Assembly: GCA_964016885.1 (NCBI GenBank)
Contig: OZ024743.1
Span: 198,524,001-198,588,000 of the forward strand
Reading direction: 5' to 3'
From: Eledone cirrhosa
Lineage: Eukaryota
Length of the DNA stretch: 64,000 bases
Part shown: positions 50,201-62,200 of the stretch, piece by piece
Layout: every line of letters begins with the position of its first letter
How positions within the stretch are numbered: position 1 is the stretch's first letter
Translations under genes and position numbers: made by a program
The notes under the pieces: generated by a model
What the model saw: only the letters and a program-made list of their open reading frames with translations
Told to the model about the DNA's origin: nothing
The model's database searches: none

Positions 50201-53200
50201 TGGCGTTGGTGGTGTTGGTGTTGGTGTTGGTGGTGCTGGTGTTGGTGTTGGTGGTGCTGGTGTTGGTGTTGGTGTTGGTGGTGTTTGCGTTGGTGGTGTT
50301 GGTGCTGGTGTTAGTGGTGCTGGTGTTGGTGTTGCTGGTGTTCGTGTTGGTGTTGTTGGTGTTGGTGTTGGTGGTGTTAGTGTTGGTGTTGGTGTTGGTG
50401 GTGTTGGTGTTGGTGTTGGTGGTGCTGGTGTTGGCGTTGGTGGTGTTGGTGTTGGTGTTGGTGGTGTTGGTGTTGGTGGTGTTGGTGTTGGTGGTGTTGG
50501 TGTTGGTGTTGGTGGTGTTGGTGGTGCTGGTGTTGGTGCTGGTGTTGTTGTTGTTGGTGTTGGTGGTGTTGGTGGTGCTGGTGTTGGCGTTGGTGGTGCT
50601 GGTGATGGTGTTGGTGGTGTTGGTGTTGGTGGTGTTGGTGTTGGTGTTGGTGGTGTTGGTGGTGCTGGTGTTGGCGTTGGTGGTGCTGGTGATGGTGTTG
50701 GTGGTGTTGGTGTTGGTGGTGTTGGTGTTGGTGGTGCTGGTGTTGGTGTTGGTAGTGCTGGTGTTGGTGCTGGTGTTGTTGTTGTTGGTGTTGGTGGTGT
50801 TGGTGGTGCTGGTGTTGACGTTGGTGGTGCTGGTGTTGGTGTTGGTGGTGTTGGTGTTGGTGGTGCTGGTGTTGGTGGTGGTGGTGTTGGTGGTGTTGGT
50901 GGTGTTGGTGCTGGTGGTGTTGGTGTTGGTGGTGTTGGCGTTGGTGGTGCTGGTGTTGGTGTTGGTGGTGTTGGTGGTGCTGGTGTTGGCGTTGGTGTTG
51001 GTGGTGTTGGTGTTGGTGGTGTTGGCGTTGGTGGTGTTGGTGTTGGTGGTGTTGGTGGTGCTGGTGTTGGTGTTGGTAGTGCTGGTGTTGGTGGTGATGG
51101 TGCTGGTGTTGGTGGTGCTGGTGTTGGCTTTGGTGGTGCTGGTGTTGGTGTTGGTAGTGCTGGTGTTGGTGGTGATGGTGCTGGTGTTGGTGGTGCTGGT
51201 GTTGGCTTAGGTGGTGCTGGTGTTGGTGTTGGTGGTGTTGGTGTTGGTGGTGCTGGTGTTGGTGTTGGTGTTGGTGGTGCTGGTGTTGGTGTTGGTAGTG
51301 CTGGTGTTGGCGTTGGTGGTGCTGGTGTTGGTGGTGCTGGTGTTGGTGGTGCTGGTGTTGGTGTTGGTAGTGCTGGTGTTGGTGGTGCTGGTGGTGCTGG
51401 TGTTGGTGGTGCTGGTGTTGGTGTTGGTGGTGTTGGTGTTGGTGTTGGTGGTGTTGGTGTTGGTGGTGTTGGTGGTGCTGGTGTTGGTGTTGGTGTTGGT
51501 GGTGCTGGTGTTGGTGTTGGTGGTGTTGGTGTTGGTGGTGTTGGTGGTGCTGGTGTTGGTGTTGGTAGTGCTGGTGTTGGTGGTGATGGTGTTGGTGGTG
51601 CTGGTGTTGGTGGTGCTGGTGTTGGTGTTGGTAGTGCTGGTGTTGGTGGTGATGGTGCTGGTGTTGGTGGTGCTGGTGTTGGTGGTGCTGGTGTTGGTGT
51701 TGTTGGTGTTGGTGTTGGTGGTTTTGGTGTTGGTATTGGTGGTGTTGGTGTTGGTGGTGTTGGTGGTGCTGGTGTTGGTGTTGGTGTTGGTGGTGTTGGT
51801 GTTGGTGGTGCTGGTGTTGGTGGTGCTGGTGTTGGTGTTGGTGGTGTTGGTGTTGGTGGTGCTGGTGCTGGTGCTGGTGTTGGTGGTGTTGGTGCTGGTG
51901 TTGGTGTTGGTGGTGTTGGTGTTGGCGTTGGTGGTGTTGGTGTTGGTGGTTCTGGTGTTGGTGTTGGTGGTGTTGGTGTTGGCGTTGGTGGTGTTGGTGT
52001 TGGTGGTTCTGGTGTTGGTGTTGGTGGTGTTGGTGTTGGTGGTGTTAGTGTTGGTGTTGGTGGTGCTGGTGTTGGTGCTGGTGGTGCTGGTGTTGGTGGT
52101 GCTGGTGTTGGTGGTGTTGGTGCTGGTGGTGTTGGTGTTGTTGGTGCCGGTGTTGGTGTTGGTGGTGGTGGTGCCGGTGTTGGTGTTGGTGGTGGTGGTG
52201 CCGGTGTTGGTGTTGGTGGTGTTGGTGTTGGTGGTGCTGGTGCTGGTGTTGGTGGTGCTGGTGTTAGTGTTGGTGGTGTTGGTGGTGTTGGTGTTGGTGG
52301 TGCTGCTGTTGGTGTTGGTGGTGCTGGTGTTGGTGGTGCTGCTGTTGGTGGTGCTGGTGTTGGTGTTGGTGGTGCTGCTGTTGGTGTTGGTGGTGCTGGT
52401 GTTGGTGTTGGTGGTGCTGGTGTTAGTGTTGGTGGTGCTGGTGTTAGTGTTGGTGGTGTTGGTGGTGTTGGTGTTGGTGGTGTTGGTGGTGCTGCTGTTG
52501 GTGGTGCTGGTGTTGGTGTTGGTGGTGCTGCTGTTGGTGTTGGTGGTGCTGGTGTTGGTGGTGCTGCTGTTGGTGGTGCTGGTGTTGGTGTTGGTGGTGC
52601 TGCTGTTGGTGTTGGTGGTGCTGGTGTTGGTGTTGGTGGTGCTGGTGTTGGTGCTGGTGTTGGTGTTGGTGGTGCTGGTGTTGGTGTTGGTGGTGTTGTT
52701 GGTGGTGTTGGTGTTGGTGGTGTTGGTGTTGGTGGTGTTGTTGGTGGTGTTGGTGTTGGTGGTGTTGGTGTTGGTGCTGGTGTTGGTGTTGGTGTTGGTG
52801 GTGTTGGTGTTGGTGTTGGTGGTGCTGGTGTTGGTGGTGCTGTTGGTGTTGGTGTTGGTGGTGCTGTTGTTGGTGTTGGTGGGGTTGGTGTTGGTGTTGG
52901 TGGTGCTGGTGTTGGTGTTGGTGTTGGTGGTGGTGGTGCTGGTGTTGGTGTTGGCGTTGGTGGTGTTGGTGTTGGTGTTGGTGGTGCTGGTGTTGGTGTT
53001 GGTGGTGCTGGTGTTGGTGTTGGTGGTGTTGGTGTTGGCGTTGGTGGGGTTGGTGTTGGTGTTGGTGGTGCAGGTGTTGGTGTTGGTGGTGCTGGTGTTG
53101 GTGTTGGTGGTGTTGGTGTTGGCGTTGGTGGGGTTGGTGTTGGTGTTGGTGGTGCTGGTGTTGGTGTTGGTGGTGCTGGTGTTGGTGGTGCTGGTGTTGG

Positions 53201-56200
53201 TGTTGGTGGTGTTGATGTTGGTGGTGCTGGTGTTGGTGTTGTTGGTGCTGGTGTTGGTGGTGCTGGTGTTCGTGTTGGTGGTGCTGTTGTTGGTGTTGTT
53301 GGTGGTGGTGCTGGTGTTGGTGTTGGTGGTGGTGGTGTTGGTGTTGGTAGTGCTGGTGTTGGTGGTGCTGGTGGTGCTGGTGTTGGTGGTGCTGGTGTTG
53401 GTGTTGGTGGTGTTGGTGTTGGTGTTGGTGGTGTTGGTGTTGGTGGTGTTGGTGGTGCTGGTGTTGGTGTTGGTGTTGGTGGTGCTGGTGTTGGTGTTGG
53501 TGGTGTTGGTGTTGGTGGTGTTGGTGGTGCTGGTGTTGGTGTTGGTAGTGCTGGTGTTGGTGGTGATGGTGTTGGTGGTGCTGGTGTTGGTGGTGCTGGT
53601 GTTGGTGTTGGTAGTGCTGGTGTTGGTGGTGATGGTGCTGGTGTTGGTGGTGCTGGTGTTGGTGGTGCTGGTGTTGGTGTTGTTGGTGTTGGTGTTGGTG
53701 GTTTTGGTGTTGGTGTTGGTGGTGTTGGTGTTGGTGGTGTTGGTGGTGCTGGTGTTGGTGTTGGTGTTGGTGGTGTTGGTGTTGGTGGTGCTGGTGTTGG
53801 TGGTGCTGGTGTTGGTGTTGGTAGTGCTGGTGTTGGTGGTGATGGTGCTGGTGTTGGTGGTGCTGGTGTTGGTGGTGCTGGTGTTGGTGTTGTTGGTGTT
53901 GGTGTTGGTGGTTTTGGTGTTGGTGTTGGTGGTGTTGGTGTTGGTGGTGTTGGTGGTGCTGGTGTTGGTGTTGGTGTTGGTGGTGTTGGTGTTGGTGTTG
54001 GTGGTGTTGGTGGTGCTGGTGTTGGTGTTGGTGGTGTTGGTGTTGGTGTTGGTGGTGTTGGTGGTGCTGGTGTTGGTGGTGCTGGTGTTGGTGTTGGTGT
54101 TGGTGTTGGTGGTGCTGGTGTTGGTGTTGGTGGTGCTGGTGTTGGTGTTGGTGGTGTTGGTGTTGGCGTTGGTGGTGCTGGTGTTGGTGTTGTTGGTGCT
54201 GGTGTTGGTGGTGCTGGTGTTGGTGGTGCTGGTGTTCGTGTTGGTGGTGCTGTTGTTGGTGTTGGTGGTGGTGGTGCTGGTGTTGGTGTTGGTGGTGGTG
54301 GTGTTGGCGTTGGTGGTGTTGGTGTTGGCGTTGGTGGTGCTGGTGTTGCTGTTGGTGTTGGTGGTGGTGGTGCTGGTGTTGGTGTTGGTGGTGCTGGTGT
54401 TGGTGTTGGTGGTGTTGGTGTTGGCGTTGGTGGTGCTGGTGTTGGTGTTGTTGGTGCTGGTGTTGGTGGTGCTGGTGTTGGTGGTGCTGGTGTTCGTGTT
54501 GGTGGTGCTGTTGTTGGTGTTGGTGGTGGTGGTGCTGGTGTTGGTGTTGGTGGTGGTGGTGTTGGCGTTGGTGGTGTTGGTGTTGGTGTTGGTGGTGCTG
54601 GTGTTGGTGTTGGTGGTGCTGGTGTTGGTGTTGGTGGTGGTGGTGTTTGCGTTGGTGGTGTTGGTGTTGGTGTGGGTGGTGCTGGTGTTAGTGGTGCTGG
54701 TGGTGCTGGTGTTGGTGTTGGTGGTGGTGGTGTTTGCGTTGGTGGTGTTGGTGTTGGTGTTGGTGGTGCTGGTGTTAGTGGTGCTGGTGTTGGTGTTGCT
54801 GGTGTTCGTGTTGGTGTTGTTGGTGTTGGTGTTGGTGGTGTTAGTGTTGGTGTTGGTGTTGGTGGTGGTGCTGGTGTTGGTAGTGCTGGTATTGGCGTTG
54901 GTGGTGCTGGTGTTGGTGGTGTTGGTGGTGCTGGTGTTGGTGTTGGTAGTGCTGGTGTTGGTGGTGCTGGTGGTGCTGGTGTTGGTGGTGCTGGTGTTGG
55001 TGGTGCTGGTGTTGGTTTTGTTGGTGTTGGTGTTGGTGGTGCTGGTGTTGGTGGTGCTGGTGTTGGTGTTGGTGGTGTTGGTGTTGGTGGTGTTGGTGGT
55101 GCTGGTGTTGGTGTTGGTAGTGCTGGTGTTGGCGTTGGTGGTGTTGGTGTTGGTGGTGCTGGTGTTGGTGTTGGTGTTGGTGGTGCTGTTGTTGGTGTTG
55201 GTGTTGGTGGTGGTGGTGCTGCTGTTGGCGTTGGTGGTGCTGGTGTTGGTGTTGGTGGTGTTGGTGGTGCTGGTGTTGGTGTTGGTGGTGTTGGTGTTGG
55301 TGGTGCTGGTGTTGGTGGTGCTGGTGTTGGTGTTGGTGTTGGTGGTGCTGGTGTTGGTGGTGCTGGTGTTGGTGGTGCTGGTGTTGGTGTTGGTGGTGCT
55401 GGTGTTGGTGGTGCTGGTGTTGGTGTTGGTGGTGCTGGTGTTGGTGTTGGTAGTGCTGGTGTTGGTGCTGGTGTTGTTGTTGTTGGTGTTGGTGGTGTTG
55501 GTGGTGCTGGTGTTGACGTTGGTGGTGCTGGTGTTGGTGTTGGTGGTGTTGGTGTTGGTGGTGCTGGTGTTGGTGGTGGTGGTGTTGGTGGTGTTGGTGG
55601 TGTTGGTGCTGGTGGTGTTGGTGTTGGTGGTGTTGGCGTTGGTGGTGCTGGTGTTGGTGTTGGTGGTGTTGGTGGTGCTGGTGTTGGCGTTGGTGTTGGT
55701 GGTGTTGGTGTTGGTGGTGTTGGCGTTGGTGGTGTTGGTGTTGGTGGTGTTGGTGGTGCTGGTGTTGGTGTTGGTAGTGCTGGTGTTGGTGGTGATGGTG
55801 CTGGTGTTGGTGGTGCTGGTGTTGGCTTTGGTGGTGCTGGTGTTGGTGTTGGTAGTGCTGGTGTTGGTGGTGATGGTGCTGGTGTTGGTGGTGCTGGTGT
55901 TGGCTTAGGTGGTGCTGGTGTTGGTGTTGGTGGTGTTGGTGTTGGTGGTGCTGGTGTTGGTGTTGGTGTTGGTGGTGCTGGTGTTGGTGTTGGTAGTGCT
56001 GGTGTTGGCGTTGGTGGTGCTGGTGTTGGTGGTGCTGGTGTTGGTGGTGCTGGTGTTGGTGTTGGTAGTGCTGGTGTTGGTGGTGCTGGTGGTGCTGGTG
56101 TTGGTGGTGCTGGTGTTGGTGTTGGTGGTGTTGGTGTTGGTGTTGGTGGTGTTGGTGTTGGTGGTGTTGGTGGTGCTGGTGTTGGTGTTGGTGTTGGTGG

Positions 56201-59200
56201 TGCTGGTGTTGGTGTTGGTAGTGTTGGTGTTGGTGGTGTTGGTGGTGCTGGTGTTGGTGTTGGTAGTGCTGGTGTTGGTGGTGATGGTGTTGGTGGTGCT
56301 GGTGTTGGTGGTGCTGGTGTTGGTGTTAGTAGTGCTGGTGTTGGTGGTGATGGTGCTGGTGTTGGTGGTGCTGGTGTTGGTGGTGCTGGTGTTGGTGTTG
56401 TTGGTGTTGGTGTTGGTGGTTTTGGTGTTGGTGTTGGTGGTGTTGGTGTTGGTGGTGTTGGTGGTGCTGGTGTTGGTGTTGGTGTTGGTGGTGTTGGTGT
56501 TGGTGTTGGTGGTGTTGGTGGTGCTGGTGTTGGTGTTGGTGGTGTTGGTGTTGGTGTTGGTGGTGTTGGTGGTGCTGGTGTTGGTGGTGGTGGTGCTGCT
56601 GTTGGCGTTGGTGGTGCTGGTGTTGGTGTTGGTGGTGTTGGTGGTGCTGGTGTTGGTGTTGGTGGTGTTGGTGTTGGTGGTGCTGGTGTTGGTGGTGCTG
56701 GTGTTGGTGTTGGTGTTGGTGGTGCTGGTGTTGGTGGTGCTGGTGTTGGTGGTGCTGGTGTTGGTGTTGGTGGTGCTGGTGTTGGTGGTGCTGGTGTTGG
56801 TGTTGGTGGTGCTGGTGTTGGTGTTGGTAGTGCTGGTGTTGGTGCTGGTGTTGTTGTTGTTGGTGTTGGTGGTGTTGGTGGTGCTGGTGTTGACGTTGGT
56901 GGTGCTGGTGTTGGTGTTGGTGGTGTTGGTGTTGGTGGTGCTGGTGTTGGTGGTGGTGGTGTTGGTGGTGTTGGTGGTGTTGGTGCTGGTGGTGTTGGTG
57001 TTGGTGGTGTTGGCGTTGGTGGTGCTGGTGTTGGTGTTGGTGGTGTTGGTGGTGCTGGGGTTGGCGTTGGTGTTGGTGGTGTTGGTGTTGGTGGTGTTGG
57101 CGTTGGTGGTGTTGGTGTTGGTGGTGTTGGTGGTGCTGGTGTTGGTGTTGGTAGTGCTGGTGTTGGTGGTGATGGTGCTGGTGTTGGTGGTGCTGGTGTT
57201 GGCTTTGGTGGTGCTGGTGTTGGTGTTGGTAGTGCTGGTGTTGGTGGTGATGGTGCTGGTGTTGGTGGTGCTGGTGTTGGCTTAGGTGGTGCTGGTGTTG
57301 GTGTTGGTGGTGTTGGTGTTGGTGGTGCTGGTGTTGGTGTTGGTGTTGGTGGTGCTGGTGTTGGTGTTGGTAGTGCTGGTGTTGGCGTTGGTGGTGCTGG
57401 TGTTGGTGGTGCTGGTGTTGGTGGTGCTGGTGTTGGGGTTGGTAGTGCTGGTGTTGGTGGTGCTGGTGGTGCTGGTGTTGGTGGTGCTGGTGTTGGTGTT
57501 GGTGGTGTTGGTGTTGGTGTTGGTGGTGTTGGTGTTGGTGGTGTTGGTGGTGCTGGTGTTGGTGTTGGTGTTGGTGGTGCTGGTGTTGGTGTTGGTGGTG
57601 TTGGTGTTGGTGGTGTTGGTGGTGCTGGTGTTGGTGTTGGTAGTGCTGGTGTTGGTGGTGATGGTGTTGGTGGTGCTGGTGTTGGTGGTGCTGGTGTTGG
57701 TGTTGGTAGTGCTGGTGTTGGTGGTGATGGTGCTGGTGTTGGTGGTGCTGGTGTTGGTGGTGCTGGTGTTGGTGTTGTTGGTGTTGGTGTTGGTGGTTTT
57801 GGTGTTGGTGTTGGTGGTGTTGGTGTTGGTGGTGTTGGTGGTGCTGGTGTTGGTGTTGGTGTTGGTGGTGTTGGTGTTGGTGTTGGTGGTGTTGGTGGTG
57901 CTGGTGTTGGTGTTGGTGGTGTTGGTGTTGGTGTTGGTGGTGTTGGTGGTGCTGGTGTTGGTGGTGCTGGTGTTGGTGTTGGTGTTGGTGTTGGTGGTGC
58001 TGGTGTTGGTGTTGGTGGTGCTGGTGTTGGTGTTGGTGGTGTTGGTGTTGGCGTTGGTGGTGCTGGTGTTGGTGTTGGTGGTGTTGATGTTGGTGGTGCT
58101 GGTGTTGGTGTTGGTGGTGCTGGTGTTGGTGTTGGTGGTGTTGATGTTGGTGGTGCTGGTGTTGGTGTTGGTGGTGCTGGTGTTGGTGGTGCTGGTGTTC
58201 GTGTTGGTGGTGCTGTTGTTGGTGTTGGTGGTGGTGGTGCTGGTGTTGGTGTTGGTGGTGGTGGTGTTGGCGTTGGTGGTGTTGGTGTTGGCGTTGGTGG
58301 TGCTGGTGTTGCTGTTGGTGTTGGTGGTGGTGGTGCTGGTGTTGGTGTTGGTGGTGCTGGTGTTGGTGTTGGTGGTGTTGGTGTTGGCGTTGGTGGTGCT
58401 GGTGTTGGTGTTGTTGGTGCTGGTGTTGGTGGTGCTGGTGTTGGTGGTGCTGGTGTTCGTGTTGGTGGTGCTGTTGTTGGTGTTGGTGGTGGTGGTGCTG
58501 GTGTTGGTGTTGGTGGTGGTGGTGTTGGCGTTGGTGGTGTTAGTGTTGGTGTTGGTGGTGCTGGTGTTGGTGTTGGTGGTGCTGGTGTTGGTGTTGGTAG
58601 TGGTGGTGTTTGCGTTGGTGGTGTTGGTGTTGGTGTGGGTGGTGCTGGTGTTAGTGGTGCTGGTGGTGCTGGTGTTGGTGTTGGTGGTGGTGGTGTTTGC
58701 GTTGGTGGTGTTGGTGTTGGTGTTGGTGGTGCTGGTGTTAGTGGTGCTGGTGTTGGTGTTGTTGGTGTTGGTGTTGGTGGTGTTAGTGTTGGTGTTGGTG
58801 TTGGTGGTGGTGCTGGTGTTGGTAGTGCTGGTATTGGCGTTGGTGGTGCTGGTGTTGGTGGTGTTGGTGGTGCTGGTGTTGGTGTTGGTAGTGCTGGTGT
58901 TGGTGGTGCTGGTGGTGCTGGTGTTGGTGGTGCTGGTGTTGGTGGTGCTGGTGTTGGTTTTGTTGGTGTTGGTGTTGGTGGTGCTGGTGTTGGTGGTGCT
59001 GGTGTTGGTGTTGGTGGTGTTGGTGTTGGTGGTGTTGGTGGTGCTGGTGTTGGTGTTGGTAGTGCTGGTGTTGGCGTTGGTGGTGCTGGTGTTGGTGGTG
59101 CTGGTGTTGGTGGTGCTGGTGTTGGTGTTGGTAGTGCTGGTGTTGGTGGTGGTGGTGCTGGTGTTGGTGGTGCTGGTGTTGTTGGTGCTTGTGATGGTGT

Positions 59201-62200
59201 TGTTGGTGTTGGTGTTGGTGGTGCTGGTGTTGGTGTTGGTGGTGTTGGTGTTGGTGGTGTTGGTGGTGCTGGTGTTGGTGTTGGTAGTGCTGGTGTTGGC
59301 GTTGGTGGTGCTGGTGTTGGTGGTGCTGGTGTTGGTGGTGCTGGTGTTGGTGTTGGTAGTGCTGGTGTTGGCGTTGGTGGTGCTGGTGTTGGTGGTGCTG
59401 GTGTTGGTGGTGCTGGTGTTGGTGTTGTTGGTGTTGGTGGTGTTGGTGTTGGTGCTGGTGTTGGTGTTGGTGGTGCTGGTGTTGGTGGTGCTGGTGTTGG
59501 CGTTGGTGGTGCTGGTGTTGGTGGTGCTGGTGTTGGTGGTGCTGGTGTTGGTGTTGGTGGTGTTGGTGTTGGTGCTGGTGTTGGTGTTGGTGGTGCTGGT
59601 GTTGGTGGTGCTGGTGTTGGCGTTGGTGGTGCTGGTGTTGGTGGTGCTGGTGTTGGTGGTGCTGGTGTTGGTGGTGCTGGTGTTGGTGTTGGTGGTGGTG
59701 GTGCTGGTGTTGGTGGTGCTGGTGTTGGTGGTGCTGGTGTTGGTGTTGGTGTTGGTGGTGCTGATGTTGGTGTTGGTGTTGGTGTTGGTAGTGCTGGTGT
59801 TGGTGGTGCTGGTGTTGGTGGTGCTGGTGTTGGTGGTGCTGGTGTTGGTGGTGCTGATGCAGGTTTTGGTGTTGGTGGTGCTGGTGTTGGCGTTGGTGGT
59901 GTGGGTGTTGGTGTTGGTGTTGGTGGTGCTGGTGTTGGTGTTGGTGGTGCTGGTGTTGGTGGTGCTGGTGTTGGTGTTGGTGGTGCTGGTGTTGGTGTTG
60001 GTGTTGGTGGTGCTGTTGTTGGTGTTGGTGTTGGTGGTGGTGGTGCTGCTGTTGGCGTTGGTGGTGCTGGTGTTGGTGTTGGTGGTGTTGGTGGTGCTGG
60101 TGTTGGTGTTGGTGGTGTTGGTGTTGGTGGTGCTGGTGTTGGTGGTGCTGGTGTTGGTGTTGGTGTTGGTGGTGCTGGTGTTGGTGGTGCTGGTGTTGGT
60201 GGTGCTGGTGTTGGTGTTGGTGGTGCTGGTGTTGGTGGTGCTGGTGTTGGTGTTGGTGGTGCTGGTGTTGGTGGTGCTGGTGTTGGTGGTGCTGGTGTTG
60301 GTGTTGGTGGTGCTGGTGTTGGTGGTGCTGGTGTTGGTGTTGGTGTTGGTGGTGCTGATGTTGGTGTTGGTGTTGGTGTTGGTGGTGCTGGTGTTGGTGT
60401 TGGTAGTGTTGGTGGTGCTGTTGTTGGTGGTGCTGGTGTTGGTGCTGGTAGTGCTGGTGTTGGTGTTGGTAGTGCTGGTGTTGGTGGTGCTGGTGTTGGT
60501 GTTGGTAGTGCTGGTGTTGGTGGTGCTGGTGTTGGTGGTGCTGGTGTTGGTGGTGCTGGTGTTGGTGTTGGTGGTGCTGGTGTTGGTGTTGGTAGTGCTG
60601 GTGTTGGTGGTGCTGTTGTTGGTGGTGCTGGTGTTGGTGTTGGTGGTGTTGGTGTTGGTGGTGCTGGTGTTGGTGGTGCTGATGTTGGTGCTGGTGTTGT
60701 TGTTGGTGGTGTTGGTGTTGGTGGTGTTGGTGTTGGTGGTGCTGGTGTCGGTGGTGCTGGTGTTGGTGGTGCTGGTGATCGTGTTCGTGGTGTTGGTGTT
60801 GGTGTTGGTGGTGCTGGTGTTGGTGGCGCTGGTGTTGGTGTTGGTGTTGGTGGTGCTGTTGTTGGTGTTGGTGTTGGTGTTGGTGGTGCTGGTGTTGGTG
60901 GTGCTGGTGTTGGTGGTGCTGGTGTTGGTGTTGGTGTTGGTGGTGCTGGTGTTGGTGGTGCTGGTGTTGGTGGTGCTGGTGATCGTGTTCGTGGTGTTGG
61001 TGTTGGTGTTGGTGGTGTTAGTGTTGGTGTTGGTGTTGGTGTTGGTGGTGTCGGTGTTGGTGGTTTTGGTGTTGGTGTTGGTGGTGTTGGTGTTGGTGGT
61101 GCTGGTGTTGGTGGTGCTGGTGTTGGCGTTGGTGGTGTTGGTGTTTGTGTTGGTGGTGCTGGTGTTCGTGTTGGTGGTGTTGCCGTTGGTGGTGTTGGTG
61201 GTGTTGGTGTTGGTGGTGTTGGTGGTGGGGTTGGTGTTGGTGGTGCTGGTGCTGGTGTTGGTGGTGCTGGTGTTGGTGTTGGTGGTGCTGGTGTTGGTGT
61301 TGGTGGTGCTGGTGTTGGCGTTGGTGGTGCTGGTGTTGGTGTTGGTGTTGGTGGTGTTGGTGTTGGTGGTGTTGGTTTTTGTGATGGTGGTGTTGGTGTT
61401 GGTAGTGCTGGTGTTGGTGGTGCTGGTGTTGGCGTTGGTGGTGCTGGTGTTTGTGTTGGTGGTGTTGGCATTGGTGGTGTTGGTGGTGTTGGTGTTGGTG
61501 GTGTTGGTGGTGGGGTTGGTGTTGGTGCTGGTGTTGGTGTTGGTGGTGCTGGTGTTGGTGTTGGTGGTGCTGGTGTTGGTGTTGGTGGTGTTGGTGTTGG
61601 TGGTGTTGGTGTTGGTGGTGTTGGTGGTGTTGGTGTTGGTGTTGGTGTTGGTGGTGTTGGTGTTGGTGGTGTTGGTGCTGATTCAGGTGTTGGTGTTGGT
61701 GGTGCTGGTGCTGATGCAGGTGTTGGTGTTGGTGGTGCTGGTGTTGGTGGTGCTGGTGTTGGTGTTGGTGGTGCTGATGCAGGTTTTGTTGTTGGTGGTG
61801 CTGGTGTTGGCGTTGGTGGTGTTGGTGTTGGTGTTGGTGGTGCTGGTGTTGCTGTTGGTGGTGCTGGTGTTGGTGGTGCTGGTGTTGGTGTTGGTGGTGT
61901 TGGTGTTGGTATTGGTGGTGTTGGTGTTGGTGGTGTTGGTGTTGGTGTGGGTGTTGGAGGTGTTGGTGTTGGTGGTGTTGGTGTTGGTGGTGTTGGTGTT
62001 GGTGTTGGTGGTGTTGGTGTTGGTGGTGTTGGTGTTGGTGGTGTTGGTGTTGGTGGTGTTGGTGTTGGTGTTGCTGGTGCTGATGCAGGTGTTGGTGTTG
62101 GTGGTGCTGGTGTTGGTGGTGCTGGTGTTGGTGTTGGTGGTGTTGGTGTTGGTATTGGTGGTGTTGGTGTTGGTGGTGTTGGTGTTGGTGTGGGTGTTGG